A DNA stretch of 64,000 bases from Hydrolagus affinis (lineage: Eukaryota). Where the stretch lies: contig JAAILG010001121.1 in assembly GCA_012026655.1 (NCBI GenBank), positions 1 through 64,000 on the forward strand. The letters run 5' to 3'. The position numbers were made by a program, and so were the translations under genes. The notes under the pieces are model-generated. The model worked only from the letters and a program-made list of their open reading frames with translations. It made no database searches and was not told where the DNA came from. Positions 13,601-24,600 of this stretch are shown here, piece by piece (within the stretch, counting starts at the first letter, position 1; the number at the start of each line of letters is the position of its first letter).

Positions 13601-16600
13601 GATTTAGAAAATAACCATCAAAAACAAGTTTGAGGAAGATCCTACGTTATATCTTACTCCATGATACACTGAGACCAGTTCTCAATTTACCTTAACAAAA
13701 CACAAAATACTACAGATGCTGGGAATCTGAATCAAAAACAAAAGTTGCTGGGGAAACTCAGCAGGTCAAGCAGCATCCATGGAGAAAGGAAAAAGAGTCA
13801 ACGTTTCGGGTTTTTAAAACCTCTCCCTCCAAACAAGCCCCAGTTCTGACGAAGGGTTGACTCTTTTTCCTTTCTCCATGGATGCTGCTTGACCTACTGA
13901 GTTTCCCCAGTAACTTTTGTTTTTGATTTTCAATTTACCTTACTTTTTTTGAATATACACCTTTCTCTGCTACCCTAATTTCAAACCACACTAAAAGAGA
14001 TTAAACACATTAACATTCTAGTGGGCATAATTTGATGGAACTTCCTTGCACCCCATAATTGCAATAAATTGGTTCAACTAGGCTGCCCAGAATGCATCCA
14101 CCACTGAGCAGTACTGTAAATAGAAAGTGCCCTTTGTCTTTGGTAATCATATCAGATCTATTTTGGAGCAAACATGCAACAACTTGCATTTATATAGCGC
14201 CCCATCACGCAGGGTAGCAGCCTTGAGTGCTTGGAATAGAGCACTCTGCAACAGAGAAGGGGGCTAGAGAAGAAAAAAAAAATGCCCTTCTCATGACTGT
14301 CAGTAATGCCAAGTTCTATAAAGAATTTACCCAACCCTATGATGGAATCCAGTTTTACAGGATTGAGACACAATCTGAACTCAGCATATTCCAAAGACAT
14401 TCAGAATATGCAGTTTCCTCCATCCTCTAAAATATTCATTCGTTGTACAGCTTGGGATACCTCCTTTTCACCTGTGGTGCTCAATGAACGTACTCCATCC
14501 ACATGTCACTGGATCACCACTGACAGCTTGTCTGGTTATGGAATGGTGACAGATCTGCATTTCAATGTTCCCTCTCCTTTTCTTGCTGTCCTGCAAGAAA
14601 AGGAAAGGGAAGGCTATTAGCAGATGGAACTATGCTATATCCATAAGGCAAGTGTAAAGGCTAAATTATATTTGATAAACCCTAACAGTCCATTTATTTC
14701 CTCTCCCTTTCTCAGATCAATCCTTAAAACCCCATACGTGAATCATAGATATCAGGAACTCACCAGGTTGGGAAATACAAGCCCCATCGCACAATGGTGA
14801 AAAGTGTATAAATATTTATGAGCCAGCTTATGGCAACACTATTTGCGATTACAAAAATGGAAAGATGAAAATAAGCCAAACTAAATACTAACATTGGATA
14901 GGATTGTAATCAACTGATAAAAGGTAACAAGTCAGCAGTAATAAAGAAAAGAGCAGAAAACTCCAGCATATTCACCACAAATTCCATTTTGGGGTAGAAC
15001 TGCTAATTAAGATTATGTTTACATTGACACAATGAATAAGATAATGATATTTTCACTGTTGATTATCTTTTCATTCAAATTGAGTTTTGAATTTTACGGA
15101 ATATTGAATTAGTGTATGAAAGTTATAATTTGTCCCAAATTTACATGAAATGCATGTTCTTCTAACATGGGTTCTTTAACATTGGTAATTTTTTGTATTT
15201 TTGAGAAAAAGCTACTGTCTACCGATTGTATGCTAAAATATTTACATTTAATTAATTACATACATGCTCTATAAAATAGTCAGGAATTAGAAACAGCAAG
15301 AATCTTTTTCCTGTCAATAGTGAAGTATTTATGAATGAAAGTAAATCATCAGTAAAAAGTTATGGATACTGTGTTTTAAGAAAGAAAAAACTTGACACAT
15401 TTGTTTAAGATATAATAATAATAATCATCCTTATTTGATATAGCGCTTTCCATGTCTTCTAGATGTCGCAAAGCGCTTCACAGAATATACTGTAAAGTGA
15501 ATTGACTGTACATATGTGGGTGTAAAGCGGCAGCCAATTGCGCACAGCAGTATCCCACAAAGTCGTAGGTGAACAGTCAGCACACCAATCGTCCTCTTAA
15601 CTACAGTATATACTGAAGTGAAGTGAAATCAAATTTCTTAACAATGAATTAGCCACAATCATTCCAATTTCATCAGAAGCAATTAGTATTTAGATCCATT
15701 TACACTTTGGAAAAGTTAAGCTTTCCCTGTCTATAAGCAACTGTATCATAACAGTTTACATTTCTGTTTATACAACAACCTTGAAGTTCAAAAATACTTC
15801 TTCGGATTTTCTTTCCACTTACAATTCCTCAAGTAGCATTGAAGCTTACTTTTCCTCGAAGATTGAAAACATAAGGCACATTCTCAAGACAGGATGCAAT
15901 TAAGATCACATATTGCTTTAATCATACGCATTTTCTACCTTGCTACTCCAACTGAGAAGGATCAGCAGAATTAAACACTCTTTTAAAAAAAACATTTCTA
16001 TTGCAGTTGCTCTTTGTCACTTTGCTTGGAAATCAACCAAGTATGTGGAAATTGCCTGAAGCTGTTCAGTCAAGAACTACTGAAAACTATTGCTATTACA
16101 ACTACTTCAGACACTCCATTCCCTATACAGATTTTAAAGTTGCTTAAATTTTGCCATTCAAACTTAAAAGTTTTTCCTTGGGAGAAGTTAGATTCTGAAT
16201 CTGGGTTATTAATTCAGTTTCCTTCCCTACTTTCCTTAAAGCAATGATGTAATTATGTGCTACAGGGCTATTATTTATGGCTCAGCCATAACACTCTTTC
16301 CTCTGAATCAGAAGATTGTGGATTCAAATCCCATGTCACTGCTTTGAGCTCACAATCAAGGTGGTTGGGGGCAGTGTAACGTCCGAACGTCTTTGGTTAA
16401 AATGAGAATATAATGATAAACTGAGATGCTGTCTCACTTATAAGATGGTAGTATTTGAAAATAAAAGCATTTCTTTCTGGTGACCTGGCAAACAATCCGC
16501 CAGATTAAATATTGGTCATTCACTTCACGGCTGTTTGAGAGACTCTTGCTGCCATGTTCAGCCTCACATACACACGGACTAAAGTGCTTTGAGAGGTTTT

Positions 16601-18087
16601 GACCCGATTTGGCACTACAGTACAATACAGTACAAGGATTTTGAGTATTTATAGGGTTGGGTCCCCATCGTTGATGGTGGATTCGTACTTGTATGAATGA
16701 TACAGGAACACAATACAGAAGTCCAGTGACACATCATTACCCAAATATGTCAAATGATGCAAAGTAGGAAAGTTTTGTATTAAACTGAAGTAAAGAGGTC
16801 AGAACACTTTAAAAATAGTTAATTCAGTTCAAAGGAAAACTAAATGCTTTATCTGAATGTGCATTCCCAGATAGAAAGCTTACCAGCCGCAAGTCTTCCC
16901 TGTCCCTGTGGTAACCGTGAATAAGGATCATGATTATGATCGAAGAATCTTTGGTCGTCACGGAAATGCTCAGCTAAGTGACGACGCCTTTGCCCATCAT
17001 CATAATATGGGTCAGGATAGTAATACCGGGCACCAGGTTGACCAGCATCTCCGTTCTCTGAGTTTATTTCAGGTGGAAAGGATTGAGATGAGGTACCATA
17101 TTCTCGAGGGACTTCAGACAGATTTCGTGGAATGTAGGAAGATCCCGAAGGCCTGCTGCTCTCTTGCCTAACTATTTCATGAGCTGGCCTTTGGATAGGA
17201 CCTCGTAGAAAACTTTGGTTTCGGGAAACCACCATATCACCAGCGGAAGGGTAAACAGAAGATCCGGTTTCTGCTAAAACATCAGTGCGCCTCGGAATGG
17301 TTGGTCCATGGCGGATAAATGAAGGCATCAAATCTGTAATTAAGATAGTGGTGTTTAATTAAACAGTTTAAAAAAACAATTGGGAGATTAAACGTTTACA
17401 TAGCATTTTCACAAGCCTGAGTTGATGAAGGGGAGGGAAAGCATGACCAAAATTAACAATGAATACTTGCATCAAGGCAAGTTTTGAAGATAAGGAGAAA
17501 GGGAGGGTGGAGAGGAAAGAAGATAACTTCAGACATCAGCAAAATATCTCAAGGCTCACACACAAATGGTGGAGTGGACAAGCTGGGGGAAGTTAATCAG
17601 GTTGGTGTTTGCTGAACAGAAACAAAAACGACATTTGACCGTCCAGACTTTTAAGATCACGGATACCCTTCAATTAACACATCTTGCGGAGTCCTAAAAG
17701 GGTCAAACTCACTCCTAGAAAAATAAAAACATCGCAAAGGCGGTGGTGGTGGGAAGTAGCGAAGTTTAAGCAGCGACGGCGCCAACTGTCCCCTCAGGGA
17801 TGGAGCGGTGGCGCCAGGGCTGCCCGAGGCAAACGTGCACATATTGTAGTTCACGTTAAACGTTAATTAATGTTCAAAGAAAAAAGTTCAGTGTTAAGTG
17901 TCGCTGGTCTCCTCGCTTCCCTGTCCCAGGTGAAGCAGCCCCGGGTTTCCACCATAACTCGGAGCACTCCCACCCACCCCTCCCCTCACTTACTCCTCAG
18001 CATCGGAGACGTCTCCTTCTTGACATATTTCCCCTGAACCTCGGGCGGTTTGGACGCTTCGTTTTTACTTTTCTTCCTGGATAACAT
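10406..18087 (-). CDS. SAV1: Protein salvador homolog 1 (WW45), complete CDS, 5 exons, 1170 nt / 389 aa
   Basis: Exons 18087-17994, 17333-16884, 12380-12110, 11648-11493, 10604-10406 join in frame; MLSRKK start, two WW domains, C-terminal SARAH domain. Confidence 0.97.
11493..11648 (-). CDS. SAV1: SAV1 exon 4 (156 nt)
   Basis: VPRYDQPPP...[23 protein letters not shown]; ttgcag| and |gtaagc. Confidence 0.96.
12110..12380 (-). CDS. SAV1: SAV1 exon 3 (271 nt), tandem WW domains
   Basis: [31 protein letters not shown] and [20 protein letters not shown]; ctttag| and |gtatag. Confidence 0.97.
13695..13929. mobile_element. Palindromic Penelope-type non-autonomous element with 13-bp target-site duplication
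   Basis: Inverted arms 13730-13802 and 13856-13928 (2 mismatches); tcaatttacctta at 13682-13694 and 13930-13942. Confidence 0.8.
15414..15565 (-). mobile_element. SINE 3' fragment; similar fragments at about 3720-3835(-), 6336-6500(-), 8870-9029(+), 11915-12050(-), 37363-37470(-), 61040-61146(+), 63946-64000(-)
   Basis: Shared tail (aat)n-ccttgcatttgatatagcgc...aagcgcttcacagaatatactgtaaagtgaattga. Confidence 0.8.
16884..17333 (-). CDS. SAV1: SAV1 exon 2 (450 nt)
   Basis: ttacag| and |gtaagc; [18 protein letters not shown]...; overlaps ORF 16849-17331. Confidence 0.95.
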
Positions 18088-18830
18088 CGCTTGCTTCAAT
18101 TCACAGGAACTCGGGCCGCCCGTCCCTCAACATCTCCGCGGGAGCAGCGCGGACCCAAACGCGACTGGGCGCCGTCGCCTGATATAAAGAGACGCTGGGG
18201 GCTGAGTCAGGCCGCCGGAGGTTCTCCTCAGAGGCCCAGGTGGTGTCAACGACCGAAGCAGATGCCTGGCTTTGAGGCTGATCTAACACCCGGGCGGTGT
18301 CTCCAATCCCCCAGGAGAGGGGGGGTGTTGGTATTGCTGTGGCTGTGGATGGTCCCAGGGCTCGCGCTCCGGCGGTTGGTGGGGGCACGATCTCGCTCAG
18401 GCTCTCGAGCCGCTGGGATCGGATCTGAGTCTGCGCAGCCCGCGGAATCCTGGGAACTGGCGACGCCGAGTGAGCCTATAATTCACTCTCCCTTCGCCTG
18501 TGCGGTAACAGGGAATTTAAGTCCCGTATTGCGGCCTAATATTTCACCCTCAATAATCAATATTCGCACTTCCTCCTCTTTCCACCGTCGCACACATAAA
18601 GTAACCCCAAAGATATTCATAACGTCGCGCCTGCTAATGGGTAGGTAAGTACAGTCAGAACAACCCGGCCAATTGGGCGTTAACCCCCCCTCAATCAAAC
18701 CACCATTGGCTGGCAACGTAATACGGTCCGCGAGCCTGTGTTTACATCCCCGCAGACAATAATCTCTGCCATTGTGGATCGCTCTGTGACGCCGCCCCGG
18801 CGTGGAGGGCGCTGTATACGGTACAGTACT
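17740..18830 (-). promoter_or_regulatory. CpG island / SAV1 promoter and 5' UTR
   Basis: The only strongly GC/CpG-rich stretch in an AT-rich window; covers SAV1 exon 1; CCAAT motifs near 18669 and 18705, GC box near 18792. TSS not determinable. Confidence 0.8.
17994..18087 (-). CDS. SAV1: SAV1 exon 1 coding part (94 nt) [31 protein letters not shown]
   Basis: ATG at 18087-18085, donor A|gtaagt. Confidence 0.95.
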
Positions 18831-18884
18831 GTAAATGCAAGTTGTTCTTCGTATAATCTGCCACTGCCTCTCCATCCCTAACAC

Positions 18885-18990
18885 ACACACAAACAGAAGT
18901 CGACCGGAAACACTCAGCAGGTCAGGCAGTATCTCGAGAGAAAGGACAGAGAGTCAACGTTTCGGGTCCACGACCTTTCGTCAGGATGTT
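18885..18990 (-). mobile_element. Penelope-type terminal-repeat fragment carrying a minimal hammerhead core
   Basis: Homologous to the left arm of the 13.7-kb element (actcagcaggtca-gcag-atc...agagtcaacgtttcgggt). Confidence 0.7.
18954..18987 (-). ncRNA. Candidate minimal type I hammerhead ribozyme
   Basis: - strand: AUC CUGACGA AAGGUC GUG GACCC GAAAC GUUGA; core boxes CUGANGA and GAAA, stem II GGUC/GACC, palindromic AACGUU stem III. Confidence 0.55.
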
Positions 18991-19070
18991 CTCCACCCCT
19001 ACTCATCGTCATTCACTTACAGCCCTCACCCTCCCATCGTTACCCACCCTCCATTCATCTGTACCCCCAA

Positions 19071-19315
19071 TAATAATAATAATTCTTGTATTTTAATGTG
19101 CCTTTCACATCTTCTAGACGTCTCAAAGTGCTTCACAGAATATATTGTAAAGTATAGTGATTTGTGGGCCATACACAAACAGTCATGGATTGAGTGATCA
19201 AAATACTGTTTTTTTTGTCTTGAGGGATTATTATCAGTCATGTGGAGTAAAGAAACTTGCTCAAGGTTTTTCCTTGCCACGAATCAAACCCAGATTCTCA
19301 CGCTTGCGAGGCTTA
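19071..19315 (-). mobile_element. SINE, same family, internally deleted
   Basis: (AAT)n tail, body and partial head in reverse orientation. Confidence 0.8.
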
Positions 19316-19319
19316 TACC

Positions 19320-19825
19320 CTTAATTATACTCTCTGCCTCCACCCTCAATTCCAGGACAACTGCCTGTCAGACATCGTCCTGGATGAGAGACAACTTTCT
19401 ACAGTTGAATGTCAGCAAAACCAAGGTCCTCCTGATTGGCTCGCATCAGCGCCTCCGCACCTTAGGCACTGGCAGCATCAGCATCCATGGATGCACACTC
19501 CACCTAATCAAGCCCATCAGGAATCTGGATGTCTTGTTTGACCATTAGCAGTCTTTTCTCCCGCATCCACACCTCCGCAACATCGCCTGTCTCTGTCACT
19601 GCCTCACCCCTCAGGCCGCTGAAACCCTTACACAAGTGTTTGTCACCTCACGGCTCGACCACGGCAACTCCTTGTTGGCCTCCCCAATCTTTCCCTTCAC
19701 GAGCTGTAGATCATCCAAAATTCAGCAGCTATTGCCCTCCTCAATCCTGACCCCAGCTCGGGTCTGAAACACTACGTCCAGCTCTCGACGTAAAAGACAT
19801 TATACAAATGTAATTTTGTTGTTAA
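19320..19825 (+). mobile_element. Decayed L2/CR1-clade LINE ORF2 3' fragment
   Basis: WMRDNFLQLNVSKTKVLLIG...PIRNLDVLFD is the typical L2 RT C-terminal motif; frameshifted; ends in a (GTT)n-type tail. Confidence 0.85.
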
Positions 19826-20402
19826 GCTGCTGCTCACTGCTCCTTCATGAAAGAAATGTGTAATTTTCCAATCTTTTCCAATGTACCAATTGTATCCAGT
19901 TGTAATCTTCCCTTTCCCTTAAATACCATAAGACAATAACCTTTGACAATGACCTTATGAAAATGTGTCTTGAAAATAAACATTGAACAACAATGACCAA
20001 AATATACTATACTAATAGCAAGTCATCTTTTGGCCTCCAAACTGGAAAATAATTTGTGGTGTGGAATGAACCACAAAGGAAGAAATAATAATAATAATAA
20101 TCCTTGCATTTGATATGTTCAAATTGAAAGAATAATAGACTAGAGCCTACCCCATACTGTAATTTTATAGTCCCATCAATCAAAGAACTGTTAAATATGC
20201 AGAAACATCACATGGCATCTAAATTGTTTTTAATTATTCCAACAATGCCAAGAATGTTCAATGTTGCTACTAGCCCTGCCTTACCTGGGAGCTATCAGCA
20301 TAGAAGTGATACTCCAGTGTTAAGAATTTTTGAAGTGTGAATCCTTTGGTTAAATTATGGTTCTTTATAGTTTCAGTATTTTTTTCAACAATCAAAAATT
20401 TA

Positions 20403-20408
20403 TTTATT
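20403..20408 (-). terminator. Probable NIN distal poly(A) signal
   Basis: AATAAA on the - strand about 1 kb after the NIN stop, before the repeat-rich spacer. Confidence 0.45.
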
Positions 20409-21400
20409 CATAACATTAATATTTCTAACACAAATTGTAATTTCTATTCAGACATAATTTTACAACCATTGCTTTAAGCAAATGATATTCCCAAGCACCC
20501 CATTGATCAGCCAGGCATAAGATGTGTGGGTTAACATATATATTTATGGCTTGCAAACATGACCTGCATCTATCCATACTATTATGTTCAATATGGAGGT
20601 ATGAATGTTGTTTTCTGTATTCAAGACAAATAACATTTTTACAGGAACAGTTACATTTTAGGCAGCATGATACATCTTGAAGCACCACATGGCAGCTGGT
20701 TTTACACAAGTGTAATAAATGTGAATGCAAATACTGTCACAGGTTTAATCTGATTGTTCTGCATAGTATAATCTCAAATAAAAACTCAGTATTTACAATT
20801 CTTTGACAAGATAGTGTTGCCTTTTTGTCAGTGTTCCACACTTAAATGAATAAACTATACAAACTATTTAAACATACTTTTAAATTATCAATAATAATAT
20901 TCTGCAACTGGGTTGTATAAAAGGAAAAGTAGGCCTTAGTTCCAGCTACAGATGCACTTGTTTCTTCACACTAATATCACAAAAACTATTTTAATTGGCT
21001 TTGTTCCAGTCACATTAATCTTTGGCCTACACAGAATGTTTAAAGACAAATCAAAACACATCTAACTCTTTATGCTTTTTTTAAAAAAAAGACAGCTTTA
21101 TATAAAAAAAACTTTTCCCTCATAAGTTTCTTAAAAAGTACCGTCTCCTTCACGTGAGATTATTGAATATATCCTTAAATACTGAGGGGTGACGTATACC
21201 AGTGTTTTGAAGGCATCAGTAATACTGTTAAGGTTAGAGCAATATTTACTTTTCTCTCATTTTGCAATTCTCAAAACATTCAGAAGTCCAGGAAAAAGCA
21301 AGCACTTGCTAAAGGAATATTTAAAGTATAAAGTGCAAAAGTGTTTCTAAACATGTCCTTCTTTGGACTTTATCGTTTATGACCTTATTAATATAACATG

Positions 21401-21613
21401 TTAGGTTGAGTAACGAGCTGAGGCAGCAGAAAGTGATGATGTTGATAGGTCCTTGAGAATTTTATTAAGGCCTGCAATATTTTCTTCAAGTAGGTAATTT
21501 TTCTTCTCAGTTGTCGTGTACCGCTGTTCAGATATCTCCAGTGCCTTGAGTAGCTGTGCGTTTTCAACATACAAGTCCTTGATCATTTCATCTGCTTTAA
21601 TATTCTTTGACAT
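21401..21613 (-). CDS. NIN: NIN last coding exon MSKNIKADEMIKDLYVENAQLLKALE...RYST*
   Basis: ttgcag| acceptor; TAA at 21403-21401. Confidence 0.94.
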   Translation of the reverse strand: MSKNIKADEMIKDLYVENAQLLKALEISEQRYTTTEKKNYLLEENIAGLNKILKDLSTSSLSAASARYST

Positions 21614-24600
21614 CTGCAAAGCAAAATTCTGTTATGAAAGTTTTCCCTTTGTTCAAAGGAACAAATCTTATGGTTATTTTAATACTAAACCAATTCATTA
21701 CAGGAACTTAGTTGTCTACTAATTATACCTTTGTACAATATTATTACACTCTATTGTTTGTTAAATAGGCATTGCTGTTTTTGTATTGTGGCTGAAACAA
21801 ACACTCAGTTACTAATAAACAGTGAACATACCTGTTCTTTCAATTGATTGACTTTGTCCTGAAGATGTAACTTAACATTCCTCAGTTTATTTTCAACATC
21901 TTGCATTCTTTCTGTCCTTTTCAACAGTTGTTCATATCCTTCCTGAAAGGAAAATATTTATTAGACTGATTTCTGTTTACAGTCAGAAAGAGAGGCAAAC
22001 TGCATAAAGAATTGATTCAGCCATAATCTGGGGAGGAACTGGAGGTACCGTATTAATAACAATATTTTGCTTGGCAATGTATTTCAAAAAGATACACAAC
22101 ACATAGAATACACAAAAAAAATTATCCTTATAGCACCTTTCAAAAAAAATAAAGGTCCCCAAAGAATTTAGAAATCAATTGTAATGAAGCAAAATAGATA
22201 CTTGAAGCAGTCAGCTGAGTTAATAGTCAAATGTGATTTCACAGGCAAAGCAAAAACACAACTAGATTGCACCTTTTTATGCCGTTAAGTACATTGGTAA
22301 GGATCTTATCGATCCACAGCAGACATCTCAAAAGTTTTAGTGCTTATTAAATGGTTATGTAAAAATCTTTGATTGTTCTCTACACAACAAGAAAGCAGAG
22401 GTACAAATAAGCTTTGCACAATTTGCATTAATTCACAGTAGCATTGTACAGTACTGTACTTTGGTGGCAAACATTGAAGAAATGTGCAACATAGCAAATT
22501 ACCGCAAATAGTATACCTAGTGAGCACAGGCTTGTGGTATGCAAAGACATTTAGATGGACCCTGTCATGTCAGTACTGTAATGTGCCAGCTGGTTGAAAA
22601 TAACTATTTGATTGTGTAAAAACAGTTTATGTAAATCTTAGATCCTGTGTACACAAACTAAGCCTTAGTAGTAATAATGCCTTTAAGGATCTAATATTTT
22701 TTATCTCTAGTGCGAGTTGATTTTTTCTTTTATTCAAAAACTTCAGTCGCAAGGTTTCAGTTTGTCCAAGATATATACAAGCACAATTAATAGCTATCAC
22801 TAATGTTCATGTGGCTTGTGATTATGACAAAAAAATCAAAGTCAGAGGATATCATTGTGATCAACAATAGATCTAATTTTAAGTACCTAAATGTTAATAG
22901 CCAAAGTCTTCGCAGTTATGTTCCAATGATGGAATAGTAAGGCTTAGGTTATCAAACAATCAGAATTTGGTTCAAAGCACAGAAAGGGGAAAAGAAGGAT
23001 AAAGTAGGGCTGATCACCTATATCTGTTCTCATACACCTTTTGGTAGTGGAATACACAGTGGAATTGACAGATGTGGAACAGAATGCCTTGCTTAGCTTC
23101 TCAGCTAGGGATTGGGCTGTGGCACAATCATACTGTGGGGAAAGTGCAATTGGCAAACGGAAAACATAGTGAACTGGTAGTGTATTGAGTAAAAGCTATA
23201 CTGTCAGGCAAACATTCAAATGAGAAATCAGTCGGATGACTACAGTACAATATCAAAATACACAAAAAATAGAAATTACAAATTTATTGTCGAAACAAAA
23301 GGTATAACAAAAAAAGATGCGTAGTCTTCTGAACAAACCAGATAGCTGGTAAACTGAAATCGTCATGAGGAAATATTACAACGATCTATCAACAGTGCAA
23401 AACCAACAAAGCAAAAGTTATAATTAAGGGAATGATGGAGATCTATTAGTTGCTATGTATTAACTGTACATAAGCACTGCTGTATTATGTGCCACACATA
23501 AATATGTATACAGAGAGGAAATTATGTAATAAATAGCAATAAAAGGATTTATGAATTATGTAACTAAGTAATGATTTTCATTCATGTCATTTATTCATCC
23601 CACAATCCCTTTGCCTTGTCCCTCCCTTGCCTCCTTCTAGTCCAGTCACACGACCCTCCATTTCAACCATGCCGTCAGTTACCATCTTGCTCTGCCCTCC
23701 CTCATTCCAACTCTGCACCGCCCCCCCCCCACACACCCCACCGTACTCGAGTCCTGACCACTGACTGTTCAGCACCTTGGGGCATCCTCCCGACATGAAA
23801 GGCGCTCTACAAATATAATTTGGTTGTTGTACAGAATTTAGAGTACCTATAATGCATCTGTGTTTACACAGTGAATAATAGAGACATTGTGCCTTTATTA
23901 ATTAGACCCCAATCTGGAGATTTGCAGCCTCACAGTGCCATTTAGAACAGCAGAGGTGGAATCAACCTTTACTATTGTTGAAACAGAGAAATGTTGCTAA
24001 TCAACATTTTGCAGCAATTTCATATGCATTATTTTCACTGAGGAGTTGATGGCTCATTAAAAAAAACTACTCAGTCCTGTTGTATCAATATCAAACACAC
24101 ACTAATTAGAAATTAAAAATTTATTGTCAAAACAAAGGTATAACAAAAAAAGACAATGCATGACAAATCAGGAAACCATAAATAACTACATAGAAAAGTT
24201 CAGTGTGATCTTTCAATTCAAACAGTGGGTCTGTGATGAATTTGTTGGAGACAGAAAATATAGTGTTAAAGCCTAAAATGCAAAGAGTAAAGGAAAGTTG
24301 TGTGTGAATGCATTTTACATGTTATCAATCATCCATATTGCAGCAATATTGTCAATTATACTTTACTGCCTGGATTTTAGGGATACAACAAACAGTAGAA
24401 ATTGAAGTAATGGAATTAAATTAGTGTATTTTATGTGGAATTGTAAACCTTGATGTACAATCCATAAAAGTGCCAGATATCTATAATGCTAGAAAAGTTA
24501 AATACTGTATTACATTAAATAAATTTTAACAATGTATATTACACATCAATTTCTTTTTTTCACATGAACTTACATTAACAGCTTTATTAAAGTACATTTC

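Noticed and set aside
18091-18648. 185-aa + strand ORF, and 18101-18388 / 18483-18890 on the - strand
   Set aside because: Non-ATG or low-complexity ORFs produced by stop-codon scarcity in the CpG island; no recognisable domain.
19240-19750. Reverse-transcriptase-like ORFs
   Set aside because: Frameshifted L2 remnant without the catalytic core; not an active element or a retron-like system.
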